DNA of 64,000 nucleotides from Paramecium tetraurelia (GCA_000165425.1 CT868054.1:1-64000), one strand, 5' to 3'; shown: positions 13,211-26,287, counted from the first letter of the stretch. Program-made: numbers and translations. Notes: generated from the sequence alone by a model not told the origin.

Positions 13211-14274
13211 ATGAAATTTATTAATCGATGTTTATATAAGTTTTCTGTAAATGTTATTAGAGACTAAATCTATGAGTTCGACAAGAGTGCGATTAGTTTA
13301 AGTGTTCGAATTAATAGCTTAAAAGATTTCAACGATTTTCAAAAGTTAAGAGACTTAAAAATACATCGAATTATCTATAATCTAAATGATTAAGCAGAAC
13401 TAATGGAATTCTTGGCTGAGCATAATGATGAATGTATTAAGAAAATATTCGATCCCTCCTTTTTCATATGTAATTCTGAGTATAAATGAAAAACTTAGTT
13501 CGTGGTGTGAGTGTAGATGTTCCTACAATACTGAGGGATGGCAATTTTAGAAAGTTAGAGCAGAAGGCATTACTACAGATTTGCTAACATCTATTTAAAT
13601 TGAAGACAGATCAAAACAAGACACAATTCTAAGTTTTTATGGTATATATGATTATTTTATTTTTATGCTCTAAAACACGATGGAAACATTAATAAAGAGG
13701 AAGAGTTTTTGAGTTTAGTGAAGGAGGAGTTAGATGATTTACAAAGCGTGATAGAGAATTCATTTAATTTTGAAGTGAATCATGTACTTAGTTATAATCC
13801 AAAATTCACATATGATTTACTATTTAAATTGGCAAATTAACAGAAAACTTTGAAAAGTGTCAACTTTAACATTTACAGATATGCAAATCCTTAATAAAGT
13901 GAATTAGATTAGAATAGAGAAATATTGGCTACCCTTTATTAACATGTTGATGAACAGTACAATACAATATTTTTGAAAAACTTTATATTTGAAGATAAAT
14001 TTATCAAACAATAGAATTTGTCTGAAGGCATTGTCAGTTACTCACATGTAATAATCTAAATATGAATGCAATTTAGTTGGTAGATATGCTAAAATTGATG
14101 CATTTCAGAGGTTCCTTGGTCTTTGAGTATAATAAAAATTTGGAAAGGAATGTCGAATTCATAGACCAATTGCTATAATCTAGCAAATACATATTGTCTG
14201 ACAAATATAAATTGGGAGAAGAGCACGAGTCTCACATTGTAGAAGGAGATACAATGCCACCTATAGATGTTTGA
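13211..14274 (+). CDS. Hypothetical protein, possibly mitochondrial-targeted
   Basis: Starts MKFINRCLYKFS; long coding-like frames joined by short introns; ends PPIDV-TGA. Confidence 0.5.
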
Positions 14275-14297
14275 GTTATATTAGATATATATATAAA

Positions 14298-15183
14298 TCA
14301 TTTATGATTGATTAAAAATCCAACTTAAAACTGTTCTAATAAATAATGGGCATTGACCCAAGGATGATTTTACATGAATAAGGCAGTTCCATCAGTTCCT
14401 ACACCTTTCATGAGTTCCTCTTGACCACCAGGATGTTTATTCAAGTATTTAGTAACGTCATAAACTTTGGAGTTGATAACAATCCATGCTGAATTGATGG
14501 TGTTATGTTTGGCTACCTACTCTCATTCGCAATGTCATACCTCCTCGATTGTACACTACTTTAAATCATTTTTCTTGCTACTATCACTAAGTTATTTCCT
14601 TAAAATCCAACTAGGAGAGATGCTTTCTTTAGGAGATTAACCGAACTTCGGAGATTCAGGTTCATTTTGAAATTGAATTGGCTTAACCGCTTCATTCTTT
14701 ATAGAGTTTCTTTTTTTTGGTTGGATAACTAAATCATCAAAAATGCCTATTAAGGTGTCCACATATTTTTGATTCGCCTTTTTTATAGCAGTCAATTGGT
14801 AATCAACACTTTCCACTTTGCGTGCCCCTTTATACTTCTCCAATAGTATACTGTCATTTTTGATTGTGTAAGTATTACGATTTAATCTCACTTCATTCTT
14901 AGCTTAGTCCACTTAATACCTTTGCTAAAGTCTTCACATCTTGTCTCTATGGTATTGTGATGTATGTATGAGGTCTTTTGAATTCAACTATCTGGTCAAT
15001 CTCATAATATTGATTCTCTTGATCTCTCAAAGTAAGGAGATCAGTTTGATATTTTTGCTTTATGTCATTTAGAATAAATGTAACCACTTCATCAAGAGTC
15101 TCTATTTCAACCTCATCTCCCATCCATTCTAAGGTATCCTATCTGTCTTCTATGTACAAATTGATTACCTCCTTATTATTCAT
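14298..15183 (-). CDS. Cytochrome b5 heme-binding domain protein (C-terminal b5)
   Basis: EEVAKHNTINSAWIVINSKVYDVTKYLNKHPGGQEELMKGVGTDGTALFMQNHPWVN; 24-nt intron at 14517-14540. Confidence 0.88.
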
Positions 15184-15259
15184 AAATTATTAAAATTTCA
15201 ATATATGTTCTATTGCTAATATTCACGAACCTTATATAAAATTCTGCTTAAAATCCAAA

Positions 15260-15600
15260 TACCATCTTTAGTAAACTGCATATCACAAGGCAATCGTACT
15301 ATAGACAAAGGAGAAATGAAAATTTGTAATTCATATTTAAAATTGACTTTACTAAATTCATATAGAAGTAATATTTGAAGCCATAGATTTAGAAACAGAA
15401 ATAACTAAAGATGAATGGATGGATAATCATTAGAAAAATGACTATTTTCAATATTAAGTATGAAATATATTGTTCATCCTTCTTTAGTTCAATTAACAGA
15501 AGATAAGGATTGTGGATAATGTAAAATAGTTGATGGATTTATGAAAAACGATGAATAATAAAGAGGAATAGAAGAGGTTTTCTAATTCAAGATGGGCAAC
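15260..15600 (+). pseudogene. Probable decayed EF-hand gene relic
   Basis: Fragments IDKGEMKI and EVIFEAIDLE..ITKDEWMD with no continuous frame. Confidence 0.3.
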
Positions 15601-16419
15601 AAGAGAATTTACAAAATAGTTTTTTATCTTTTGAATATAAAATGTATATGGAAAAATTGTAATAATTATAATTATATTAATGTTTCAAACCAAATTTTAA
15701 TCGAGCATCGAATTATTCATGTGGAGGTTAAAATTGTACTTATTATAATTTAGACCATAGAAATGAATTATGGTTTTAAATTCTAGAAATGCTCAACTAG
15801 AGTTTTCTTTTTATGAATTGAAGAAATGACTATATGATATTCTATTTTTCATTATCTTTATTGAAACACTGAAATAAGTAAGGAGGAGGTGATTATAAAA
15901 ATTTCTGGCGTAGAATATAATCAAAAATTATCAGCATTTTTTTTTTTTGGAATTAAGAATATTAATTTCTTAAAAATAAATCGCATTTACCAGATGGATA
16001 AATTCCGATTAAATTTCATTGATATATAGAATCAAATAATCAAGGCAATTGAATTCATCAAATTTTCTAAATGTTCCTAGTAATATTAATCCAAACTCAA
16101 TATTAATTCTAACTATACAATTTAAGGTTGAATTCAAAAGAAAAGTGTTAGTCTAATTACATAAGCATTCTAAAATTAATTCAAAGCTTACAATTATCGA
16201 AATATGCGTGATATAAAAGTTAATTTCTTGTTATTAATAATCAAATGTATTAATTCGTATTTTTTATGACATATTTTGTTTTAATAATTCTTATTTGAAT
16301 TTGCACATCTATAGTAATACAATTGTTTATTTTCTGCTTTTTTGATGATAAAATGTGTGACATAATCAACATATTCATACATGAAACCAAAAATGCTAAA
16401 ATTACATTTATTTTGATTG

Positions 16420-18385
16420 ATGTCCATTATATTTTTAGTCTTTATCCTAATGTCCCTTTTCCTTTAGACTTACTGTCAGAGTGACTTTGAAAAATCAAAC
16501 AAATTTTTACAATCTTAATAGGAAGAAGAATTTGATTTTTTGGTCCTTAGAAATGAGTCAGAAGAGAAACACACTGCATTTTACTATCACAAGTGGGCTA
16601 ATTTTGTTGTTTGGGGAATTTTAGCAGATTTAGGCATCTTAGCTAACAGATATGGTTCATTAAGCAAACATAGATTAAATTTACATAGTATCATCATGGG
16701 TCTATGCGTGTTTCTTACTGTAATCGCAGAAATACTTATGATAGCTATCTGGAATCCGCCTGAATTCTATGGTAATTAGAATTTAGGTTCTATTCATGCT
16801 CCCATAGGATTTGCATATTTGGGACTGATGATATTATAGAGTATAGGAGGAGTAATATTAAAATTATGTATTGAATCAAGCAATCCACAAAGATATACCA
16901 AAATCATGTCCTTGGGTCACATCTATCTTGGATACAGCATGTATTTTCTTGGCAAAATCTAATGCGGGTTTGGATTCTATATAGTGTATAGTAACTTAAA
17001 AGGGGAAGGCGAAGGAAACTTAATTATGTTTTGGATAGTTTATGCTTTGTTATTCTTTTGGAGAATCATATTCGAATGGCTATATTAGAAGGGAACTCTT
17101 TTCGATTACTTTTATTCTGCAAATCAAACTATTGAAAGAACGGGTAGCATATAGGATTCCCTATTTGTGTAATATCTAATATAAAATGGTATTATCAACC
17201 TTTAAACATATAGATTAGCTGAATATTGAAAAAGAATATAGTAACAAAATGTGGTTTATTTTTAATAACAGCATTGTTGATTTGACAGGGTTTGTACATC
17301 CTGGAGGCCAATACATATGGGAAAAGACAAAGGGAAGAGAAATATCAAGATTCATCTATGGTGGGTAGAGCTTAGAGGATGGAAATACGGCAGCCTATAC
17401 TCATTCTAATAGTGTGATAACTTTAATTTAAAGATAAACTATCGGACATTTAAATGGAAATTCTCATGAAAATGTGACTTAATAAAATATTAACAAATGG
17501 ACTTTGGTCAATCATTAAAAGATATCTGAAAAAATAAGTCTATTTGGATTTAAGAACTCATCAAAATAGATAGAGTCTAAGTTTACTAATCTTCATTAAT
17601 TTGGAAAATACTATCAAATAAAATCTTCAGTGAACAAAAAGATTTCTGAAAGGCAATATACTTCAGTGGTAAGTATGGCTCCTGAAAATGTTTAATATAG
17701 ACAGAAGTTAATAAATATGATTTAGTAATTAAATAAGATCGAATCAGAAGATGCTGTATAAATGGGTTAGCAAGCAAGATATTTAAATGAATTGCCATTA
17801 ATAATAAAGAAGTACGAGTCCAATTTCGGTTTTTCTCAATATATCCATTCCCATTTAAATGAGGATTATGAAATTGAAGGACCCTATGGACCTTCCTTAG
17901 GATTGCCAAATAAGGGTAGGGTCGTATTTGTTTGTGGAGGAACAGGAATTTTACCCTTTTTGGATTTATTAGATTTTTAGTTGTAATCTGCAACTTACCA
18001 AATTGTAAAGAAAAAATTTGGTCAAAAAGTAGCAGAAAGGTTGAATCCATTTGAATGTTAATTCAACAATGGTCTGCATATTACATTGATTTTTGCAATT
18101 ACACATAAATCAGAATTAATAGGGTTAGAAATATTTAAAAATTTAATTTCTTTATAAAATGAGTTAGAGGAGCAAAGCTTTAGGATGATTTTGAAAATAA
18201 CAGAATAGATTGAGGGCTTTACTTGTGTCAATGATAGATTTGATCAGGAGTTTATGAGATAGTAATTAGGACAGTTGTCTTAATATGATAAATTTTATGT
18301 GTGTGGGCCTCCTGCTATGAATTAAACAGTTCCTCAAGCATTAATGAGTTTAGGAGTTTAAGAGAAGTATATCCATTATGTTTGA
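16420..18385 (+). CDS. Cytochrome b561-like TM domain + cytochrome b5 + FAD/NAD(P)H-binding (FNR-like) reductase fusion, about 646 aa
   Basis: Signal peptide; four TM His (YYHKW, NLHSI, SIHAP, LGHIY); b5 VDLTGFVHPGG..THS; RQYTSV, EGPYG, GGTGILPF, CGPPAM; one intron of about 25 nt near 17189. Confidence 0.9.
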
Positions 18386-18439
18386 GATGAAAGTGATTAC
18401 TAATTGTTTAAGAAAATATTAATATATATTATTAATTTA

Positions 18440-20590
18440 ATGTTCCTATTTTTATTATTATATTTGATAGAGAGTAGGCAGATTGAGAGCTGCAAGCAAA
18501 ACATGGACTCCTTTCAGATTAAAGGTTTGAAAATGCACCTTCATAAGTGTAGGGATTCATTTTTGTGTGAGTGACCATCATTAAGCCAAAGAAGCTCGCA
18601 ATTAGGTGTTGTAGGATTCTGTGAGTTAGAATAAAGTAAAAGCAATAGTGCAAGAGATAGAAGGTCTAGAGAATCAGAATCCGTTTTGGTATTCAGACTT
18701 GGCGATATATTTGAACATTGATGAAATTCATATAACAGGGGGTTTGATTGATCATTCATAGAATGTAAAATAGATTATCTAAACTTTCAGGTTAGCATTG
18801 TGAATCAATAGGTACGAATTACCAAACATGTTTATTTTAAGAATCTGATAAACAAAGAACTTATGATAACAAATATATTCACTTCATCTCCTCTTTTAAA
18901 GGTAGATTTTGAGAAGATCGTTTTACCATCCAATTCAACCACATAAAAAACTAAAGTTTGCACTATGATTTATGAGCAGCCACTTTCAGAAATCCGATCA
19001 AAAACCTTTGAAATTTGGTTGGCAGTAGAGATAGCCTATTTTTTAAGAGTGCCAGTTAAGTTGATAGTCTACGATAAACACTTAATGTGTTAGACAAAGT
19101 TATTAGGTCAATGTAGTGTCTAAGGATAGCATTCAACAGTTGAATTCAATAATTTAGGCATTTATTAACAATACACAAAAATATTCTCGTTTTATAATCC
19201 GAATCCTGTCAAAATTGATGTTTCTTATAAATAAAATGAAAGGAAAAAGAATCAAATAAGAGTGCTATTGGCAAATCGAAATGATATCAAATCAGCTTCA
19301 AAGCGTAAATTTTCATTTGAAATGTAACCTTATACAAGGACTGAATTGAAAGTCATAATCAATACAAATTACTATGAAATATTGTCCAATAGCAAATTAA
19401 CTTTTAGAACTTAATATGAAATCATAGAAGTTGATGTGACTTATTCAGTCTAGAAGGGATCAGTCAATTATTATCCTTCTGTGATTACATTGGATCCAGG
19501 AATGACAACAAAGGTGCAGCAATTTGATATCTATGTAAGAAGCACTTTCAGCCAAAAAATTCAATTGCTCTAAGTTGAGAATCAATAAATAAAGCATCAG
19601 AATATATCTTTACTTACAATGGCAACTAATATTGCTACTAATTCTAGATCAGACATTCTTCATGTGGATTACATGGGTAAATAAAATTTCTACTCTGATT
19701 CTAAATATCACAAGTAGTAGGCAAAAGAATTACTGAACTCCTTTGGACGCAACAAAATAAAGATTTAAACTGATGTGTTGTAAGATTCCGAGATTCTCAT
19801 CAATTATAAGTCAAATCAAAAATTTAATGAATAAATCTTAAAGAAAATCATTAAATAAGATCCAAAGATACTGATCTCTTAATAAACAGTTGTTATGTCA
19901 GAGTAACCGAATATTTTCTTTATAGTAATCTCAATCCTCAATATGTTGTACATTGCTACTTTGTTAAGAAATAATGTTGTAAAATCGAAGGAGTTAAAAA
20001 TTACCATCGATAGTAATTTTTCTTAGGAATAGATTGATTTTCAATCTATTTTTAAGACTCCAGAATGTATTTAATTGCAAAGCAAATCTGAAACGAATGA
20101 GGTGGTTTCTGACAAAGCAGATGAAATATAAGACATGATAATAGCTGAAGACATTATGAGTAAGGAGAACATCATTTACACTAACTTATAATCCCAGATA
20201 GATGAGAGTTCTTCTCATTTCAGTCAAGGAGAGAGTTTGGATGATGATTAAATTTCAGAATATCAGGAGAAGGTAGTGGAATAGAAGAAGGTTCCAAATC
20301 AAAAGAATTTCAATCTATTTTAGCGAGTGGAATTCACTATACCAACATAACTCACTATGAATACTCAATCCTCTTAGGAATGTTGGGACACCAAGGATCC
20401 AATATTTTTACCATAAGATTCTGATGAAGAGATGTTGGACAAGAATAGTGTTTAGAGGTTGGAATCAATGTTGAATCAGATTCAACACAAGTTGCCTCAA
20501 TTTGAGCAAAGCACACTAAAATTGCCATTAAAATGGAATGAAAATAATTAGATAAATCCATACTTTCCAAAACCCCCTCCAGGAATTTGA
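18440..20590 (+). CDS. Compact TMEM131-like type I membrane protein
   Basis: Signal peptide; FSFYNPNPVKI; RTQYEIIEVDVTYSVQKGSVNYYPSVITLDPG..IYVRSTFSQKIQL resembling TMEM131 Ig-like region; TM NIFFIVISILNMLYIATLL; ends PKPPPGI-TGA. Confidence 0.55.
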
Positions 20591-20629
20591 ATGTAATTAT
20601 TTTAAATAAAATCAATAAATAAAATTTTC

Positions 20630-22817
20630 ATGAAATTTGTAATCGATGATCTTGAAGTCATTTTCCCATACAAATTTCTATATAAAGAATAGTTAGAGTA
20701 TATGCAAGCACTCAAATAAACTCTAGATGAAAAGGGACATGGAATCTTGGAGATGCCTACAGGAACAGGGAAAACAGTCTCATTGCTAGCATTGATTATT
20801 GCATATTTGGCATAAAGACCTAACACTGTTAAAAAGTTGATCTATTGCACACGTACAGTTGTAGAAATGGAAAAAACATTAGAAGAAGTCAGATTGGTTT
20901 TGAAAGCCAGAAAAGCTGAAGGTCTTAACGATAATTTTACTGCTGTCGGATTGAGTTCAAGAAAAAATCTATGCATCAATCCAGATGTGATCAATTAAAA
21001 AGACAGAGTTGACGCTGAATGCAGAAAACGAACAGCTGAATGGGTGAAAAGGGGATAAAATGAAACATGCATCTTTTATGACAATTATGAAAAATCCGGC
21101 AAAGAAACCATTGCCAATCTTCCTCATGATGTTTACAGCTTAAATGATTTACGTAAGAATGGAGCTTATTCTATTCAATGTCCCTACTTTACTGCTAGAG
21201 AAATGGTCAAAAAGGCTAATATTGTAGTATATAATTATCTCTACTTGATTGATCCAACAGTTTCTTCATAATTAACAAAAGACTAAATCAAAGAGAGTGT
21301 CGTTGTGTTCGATGAGGCTCACAATATTGATGATGTCTGCATTGAAGCCTATACAGTGAGATTGAATAAGCCTATTTTGGCTGAAGCAATCAATAATCTC
21401 AAAGTTGTGGAGACTCAAATTTAGAGTGAAACTAATGAAATCTAAAATAGATTGAATGAAGAATATAAGAAATTGATTAAAAATTTGGAAAAGAAACCAG
21501 AGGGAGAATTGAATCAATTGGTTATCCCTGGACAGATTAGGAAAGCAAGAAATTTCATTGATTTCATGAAAAGAGTTATCAATTCACTTAGGAAGAAACT
21601 AAAGGATAATTCTGAGGCTTTAAAGACATCACATGCTATATTGCATAACACTAAAGGGTTTACCGAAGAAATTTAGAAGGAAGGAAATTTAGATATTGAT
21701 TCTCTCAAATAATGTGGAGAAAGATTAAATCTATTGTTGAATACTTTGCAAATTGCAGAAACTGATAAGTTTAGACCACTTAGTTCAGTTGCGTAATTTG
21801 TTATGTATTTAGTATAATATCAGGAAGGGTTCAAAGTAATATTTCAATCAAATAACTACGAAGGGACATTGAATGAAAAATTAATGACTCTGGCTTGTTT
21901 TGATAGTTCATTGGCTATGAAAAATATCTTTGCACAATTTCAATCTGTTATTCTAACTTCAGGGACAATGTCACCAATTGAAATTTATCCTAAAATCTTA
22001 GACTTTAAACCAGTTGTTGCTAAATCTATTGATATTGAATTGACTCGTAATTCCATTCAACCTATCATTGTAACTATGTCTGAGGATGGAACTGAATTGA
22101 CATCAGAATTTACCTTAAGAAACAATGAAGATGTGTCTAGGAACTATGGTAATTTTCTGCTTGAATTATCTGAAAATGTACCTGATGGACTCATTGTCTT
22201 TATGCCTTCATACAGTAGAATGGAGGAGTGGGCAAGGTAATGGTAGAAGGATAAGTATTTGGAATAAATTTTCAAAAAATAAAGTATTGTTTATAGAGTC
22301 GAAGGATGTAGCTGAGACATCATAAAAATTATAACAATATCGTAAATGTTGTGATGTTGGTAGAGGAGCTGCTTTATTTTCAATTGCAAGAGGTAAGATT
22401 GCAGAAGGTATAGATTTTGAGGGTCATTATGGGAGATGTGTAGCTGTGATTGGATTTCCAGCGTTGAACAGTAAAGACACTTTGATTTTGGAGAGATGTA
22501 AATTCTTAGAAGAGAAATTTAAAATAACAAAAAATGATTTTATAGAATTTGATGCAATGAGATAAACATGCTAATGTTTGGGAAGAGTTCTAAGAGGTAA
22601 GCAAGATTATGGAATTATGATTATGGCTGATAAGAGATTTGCTTAGAAAAGTAAATTACAAAAAATGCCTAGGTGGATTTATAAATAATTGGACTAATCT
22701 AGATGTTTAAATATTACTAGTGAGACTGCTATCACTGTAGTTCGAGATTTCTTTAGATAAATGGCATAACCTTTTAAAATTGCAGATAATAGTTATTTTA
22801 CACAAGACACATTATGA
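20630..22817 (+). CDS. ERCC2: TFIIH DNA helicase XPD/RAD3 (Fe-S SF2 helicase), with a +1 frameshift near 22270
   Basis: [28 protein letters not shown], Fe-S Cys (LCINP, AECRK, TCIFY, QCPYF), [40 protein letters not shown]. Confidence 0.95.
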
Positions 22818-22845
22818 TTATATTAATAAAAAAAATTTAAATTTA

Positions 22846-23956
22846 ATGATTGCGTTAAAAAGGTAGCAATTTCGAGCTAAGCAACGATAAATTGTACTCA
22901 ATAAACTGTTTCAACAAAATAGAATGTCCTCTCTTCTAGTTTTCAAATTGGATAAATTAGAATAAATACTTACTCAACAACACTATGATTCTCTAGAATA
23001 TTAAGTAATATCTAGCAATTTGAATTATTTAAGGAATCAATCCAATAAATCATAATGATGAGTCACAATGTCAACTTATCCTAGTTATATCATTTATTGA
23101 TTCGGAATTTTATCGATACGATCTAATATTAAATGGATGTGGGCTATTATGTTTTAAGTGTTTAAGTATATTTCATGTGTTATTTTGATTTTAATAGTTT
23201 TAATCCATTAGATGGAAATGGCCTAACAGCCGATGCTGGTGCAATTAGTTAAAGAGACAGGTATACAATAATTTTTAGCTTTCAATGATCCAATGACACT
23301 ATAATTTCTAGAATTATTTCTCATTTAAATGCCCGCATTAAACGATATGGAAATAGATACTATCTACAATGAGCTCTTAAAATGGTCCCAATCTATCAAT
23401 CTAAATTATGTGATTTCTGCACTCAGTTGTCTAAATTTGCTCATAAGACTAAAATAGGAATTGCTATCCCCTGATCTCTCCATTTCCATCCTGCAATTAC
23501 TCAATACAGAATATAGTTAGTTGGCTTTTGAAATTCTTCAACTATCAAATTGGCAGCATTTCAAAGAAGAATAACTAATATTGGTTTGGGATGAAATTTG
23601 CAAACAATTACTGAATCTAAATAATGAAGAAATTTGCATATCTATATTAAAGTCCATAGTTCAATTCCACACTCCCTACTAATTGAAAGAGATTTGCCAG
23701 TATCTGTAAGTGGCCAACGATTACTACGGCATTAAAGTAATGGAAATGTTGTCTGCAACATAAATTAATAGAAATTTTGACCAGATAACATCAGAATTAC
23801 TAGATCAAATTAGTTACAGAGTCATCAGAAATCAGACCTTAGTACCCCTGTTGAAATAATTTCTATTCAAAAATGTAATAAACTCCTTTATTTTAATAGA
23901 AACTAATTTATGAGTCCTATAACTTCCCCCTGCAAATTGAATATTTATTATAATGA
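22846..23956 (+). CDS. Divergent helical-repeat protein with IBB-like N-terminus (importin-alpha-like); 3' end 23913 or 23956
   Basis: KRQQFRAKQRQIVLNKLFQQNR then Leu-rich helical frame; several introns. Confidence 0.5.
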
Positions 23957-25103
23957 AATTAATATATATCTCTTTGTTGATTTCTATTTTATGGCATCCA
24001 GTCTGCTATTTGATAGATTAAATGATAGAGGATTACGATAAATCAACTGAATTGGTGACGGATAGTCATTTTTTCAAACATGCCATTAGATGGGATAGTT
24101 TGTTTTACATGGAAATTATGGAAAATGATTACCGATACTTCAAAAATCATGCCTTTGGATATGGAATAGTTTTATTAGGCAAACTGTTTTCAAACTCTTT
24201 AATCTGCATATTGATTTTATAGAAAATATGCAATGCTATTTCCACAGAATTAATTTACAAGATTAGTATGCATTACTCAAACAATAATCATAAATTCTCT
24301 TAATTATCAGCTTTATTATTTATCTTTACTCCTGCATCAGTATTTTTTAATTCACTCTATACAGAATCCTTTTTTGCATTCCTGGTGTTAGTTGCAATAT
24401 ATTTACAAATAAAGCAAAAGACCTATCTAAGTTCAATCATATTTGCATTATCAATTCATCTAAGATCGAATGGGATGTTCTTCATTCTTTATTCAGGATA
24501 TCCATATCTAGTCAAGGCCATAATTCTGCTAAAAGATAAGAAATTCAAATAAGTTGTCTCAACTGCTTTGGAGGCTATTCCTATTGCGCTGATCTATCTG
24601 GTCAGTATCGGAGTTATGTTATATTTGCCATATAAGAATTACTGTTAATAAAATGAGATGGAATGGTGCAAAAGTATAATTCCATATGCATACGGCTACA
24701 TATAGGTAAACATAGGATTAATCATTAGAAAAACTTTTGGGATGTGAGTTTCCTCTCATCATACAAGTTAAGGAAACTATTCTTTATATATTGGGGAATA
24801 CAGGGTATTTTGATTTAAGGATTTTGGTTATACAAATGGATGACTAAATCATGTACAATTAAGAATAATATTTAAGGAATTTCAATAATATTACCTACAA
24901 TCATTTTATTCATAATTACAACATTTATAGCGCATGTAAATTGCAGTACAAGATTTTTCAGCACTCAGATTCCGTTTTATTGGTGTTTAGCAGATCTTTT
25001 CTACAAAAAGGATGGTAAAATAAATAAGTGGGTATTATTTTACATATTGGAATTCAATTTGGGAGGCTTGATTCTTTTTACAAATTATCTGTTGTGGGCT
25101 TGA
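23953..25103 (+). CDS. PIGV: GPI mannosyltransferase 2 (PIG-V/GPI18)
   Basis: IRWDSLFYMEI, FTPASVFFNSLYTESFFAF, HLRSNG, YGYIQ..FWDVSFL, AHVNCSTRF, ends NYLLWA-TGA. Confidence 0.9.
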
Positions 25104-25987
25104 TTTATAATATATGTTATTGTCTTAAATTATAAATTTATATAATATTAATAGTTATTTAATTCTAGATTTCTATTACTTTTCTAGGAATCCATTCCCA
25201 ATCTTGAGATATTAAATTTGATAGATGTGAGAAACCTTAATTATTTTGGAGTAGCATTTTAGACTACATAGGATAGTCTTAGGCATTATGTCGTTAGTGT
25301 TATGCCTACTAATTTTTGATATGTGTTTCTATAAGTAAGACTGAGTAAACATCTCTAAAATAGAGGAATCTATATTATAGGCTTCACCTTCCACTTTGAA
25401 AATAGCACCCTTATTATGAATATATAAACCCAAGTCATAAATTTAAAAATATTTTCAATCTGAGGGTGTAATTAATTTAATAGAAATTTAGTTTACCAGA
25501 ATTTTAAAAAGATTAAGATAGCAAAAATAAATTTAGATGGAGAAAGAGGTACTAACTGAATGATAGATTATTGAAGTTGAGCACATTCAAAAAATAATAT
25601 TATAAGAGAGACTAAATGATCAACAATTGATAAATTTCTAAAGTCTACTCTATAGTAAACTCAATTTTAACATTCTGATCATGACACTGCCTTTAAAATA
25701 GTAATGATAAAATGGCAAAATAAGATTAGGAAAGGAAAATCAGATTTGAGAAAAGGGGTTCTATCAAACAGAGCTTGCAATTATTCAAGGTATATAATAA
25801 ATATAGTCTTAATCAACAGAGCACCAAGAAGCTGAATTTTATTCGTTAGATATTCAAAAGATGTAATAATAAATAGAGAAATAACATAAAAGCAAGATGA
25901 GATAGAGAAAATACTTAGCAAATCTTTTATTATATATAAATTGTTATTTATTTATTTATAAATAAAAGTAAATATTAATAATCAAAA

Positions 25988-26287
25988 ATGGGATAAGCCC
26001 ATCCTAATCCTAATGGTCAATATGTTAAGATTTGCACTCTTTGTCGTGAATAAAAACCTCCTCATCATTTTCATTGTGGAAAGTGCAGAAAAAAAGCACT
26101 CATTGGTTTTGGTTCTTCATTGGGTCTTGTGATTTTAATTGTTATATCAACAGGATTAGATCTAAACAATGAATGGATATCATTTTTGAGTGTTCTTTGT
26201 ATAGTTTCATTTTTTGGTGGCTGTTATTTTTGCTAAAGCAGACTCACAAATGGACAAGTGAACTAATATGTAGAATTTTATGAATGA
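25988..26287 (+). CDS. 99-aa membrane microprotein with the first half of a DHHC cysteine-rich domain
   Basis: CTLCREQKPPHHFHCGKC followed by two hydrophobic segments; intact ATG..TGA of 300 nt. Confidence 0.65.

Noticed and set aside
25140..25960. Coding-like fragments between PIG-V and the microprotein
   Set aside because: No convincing continuous model or homology
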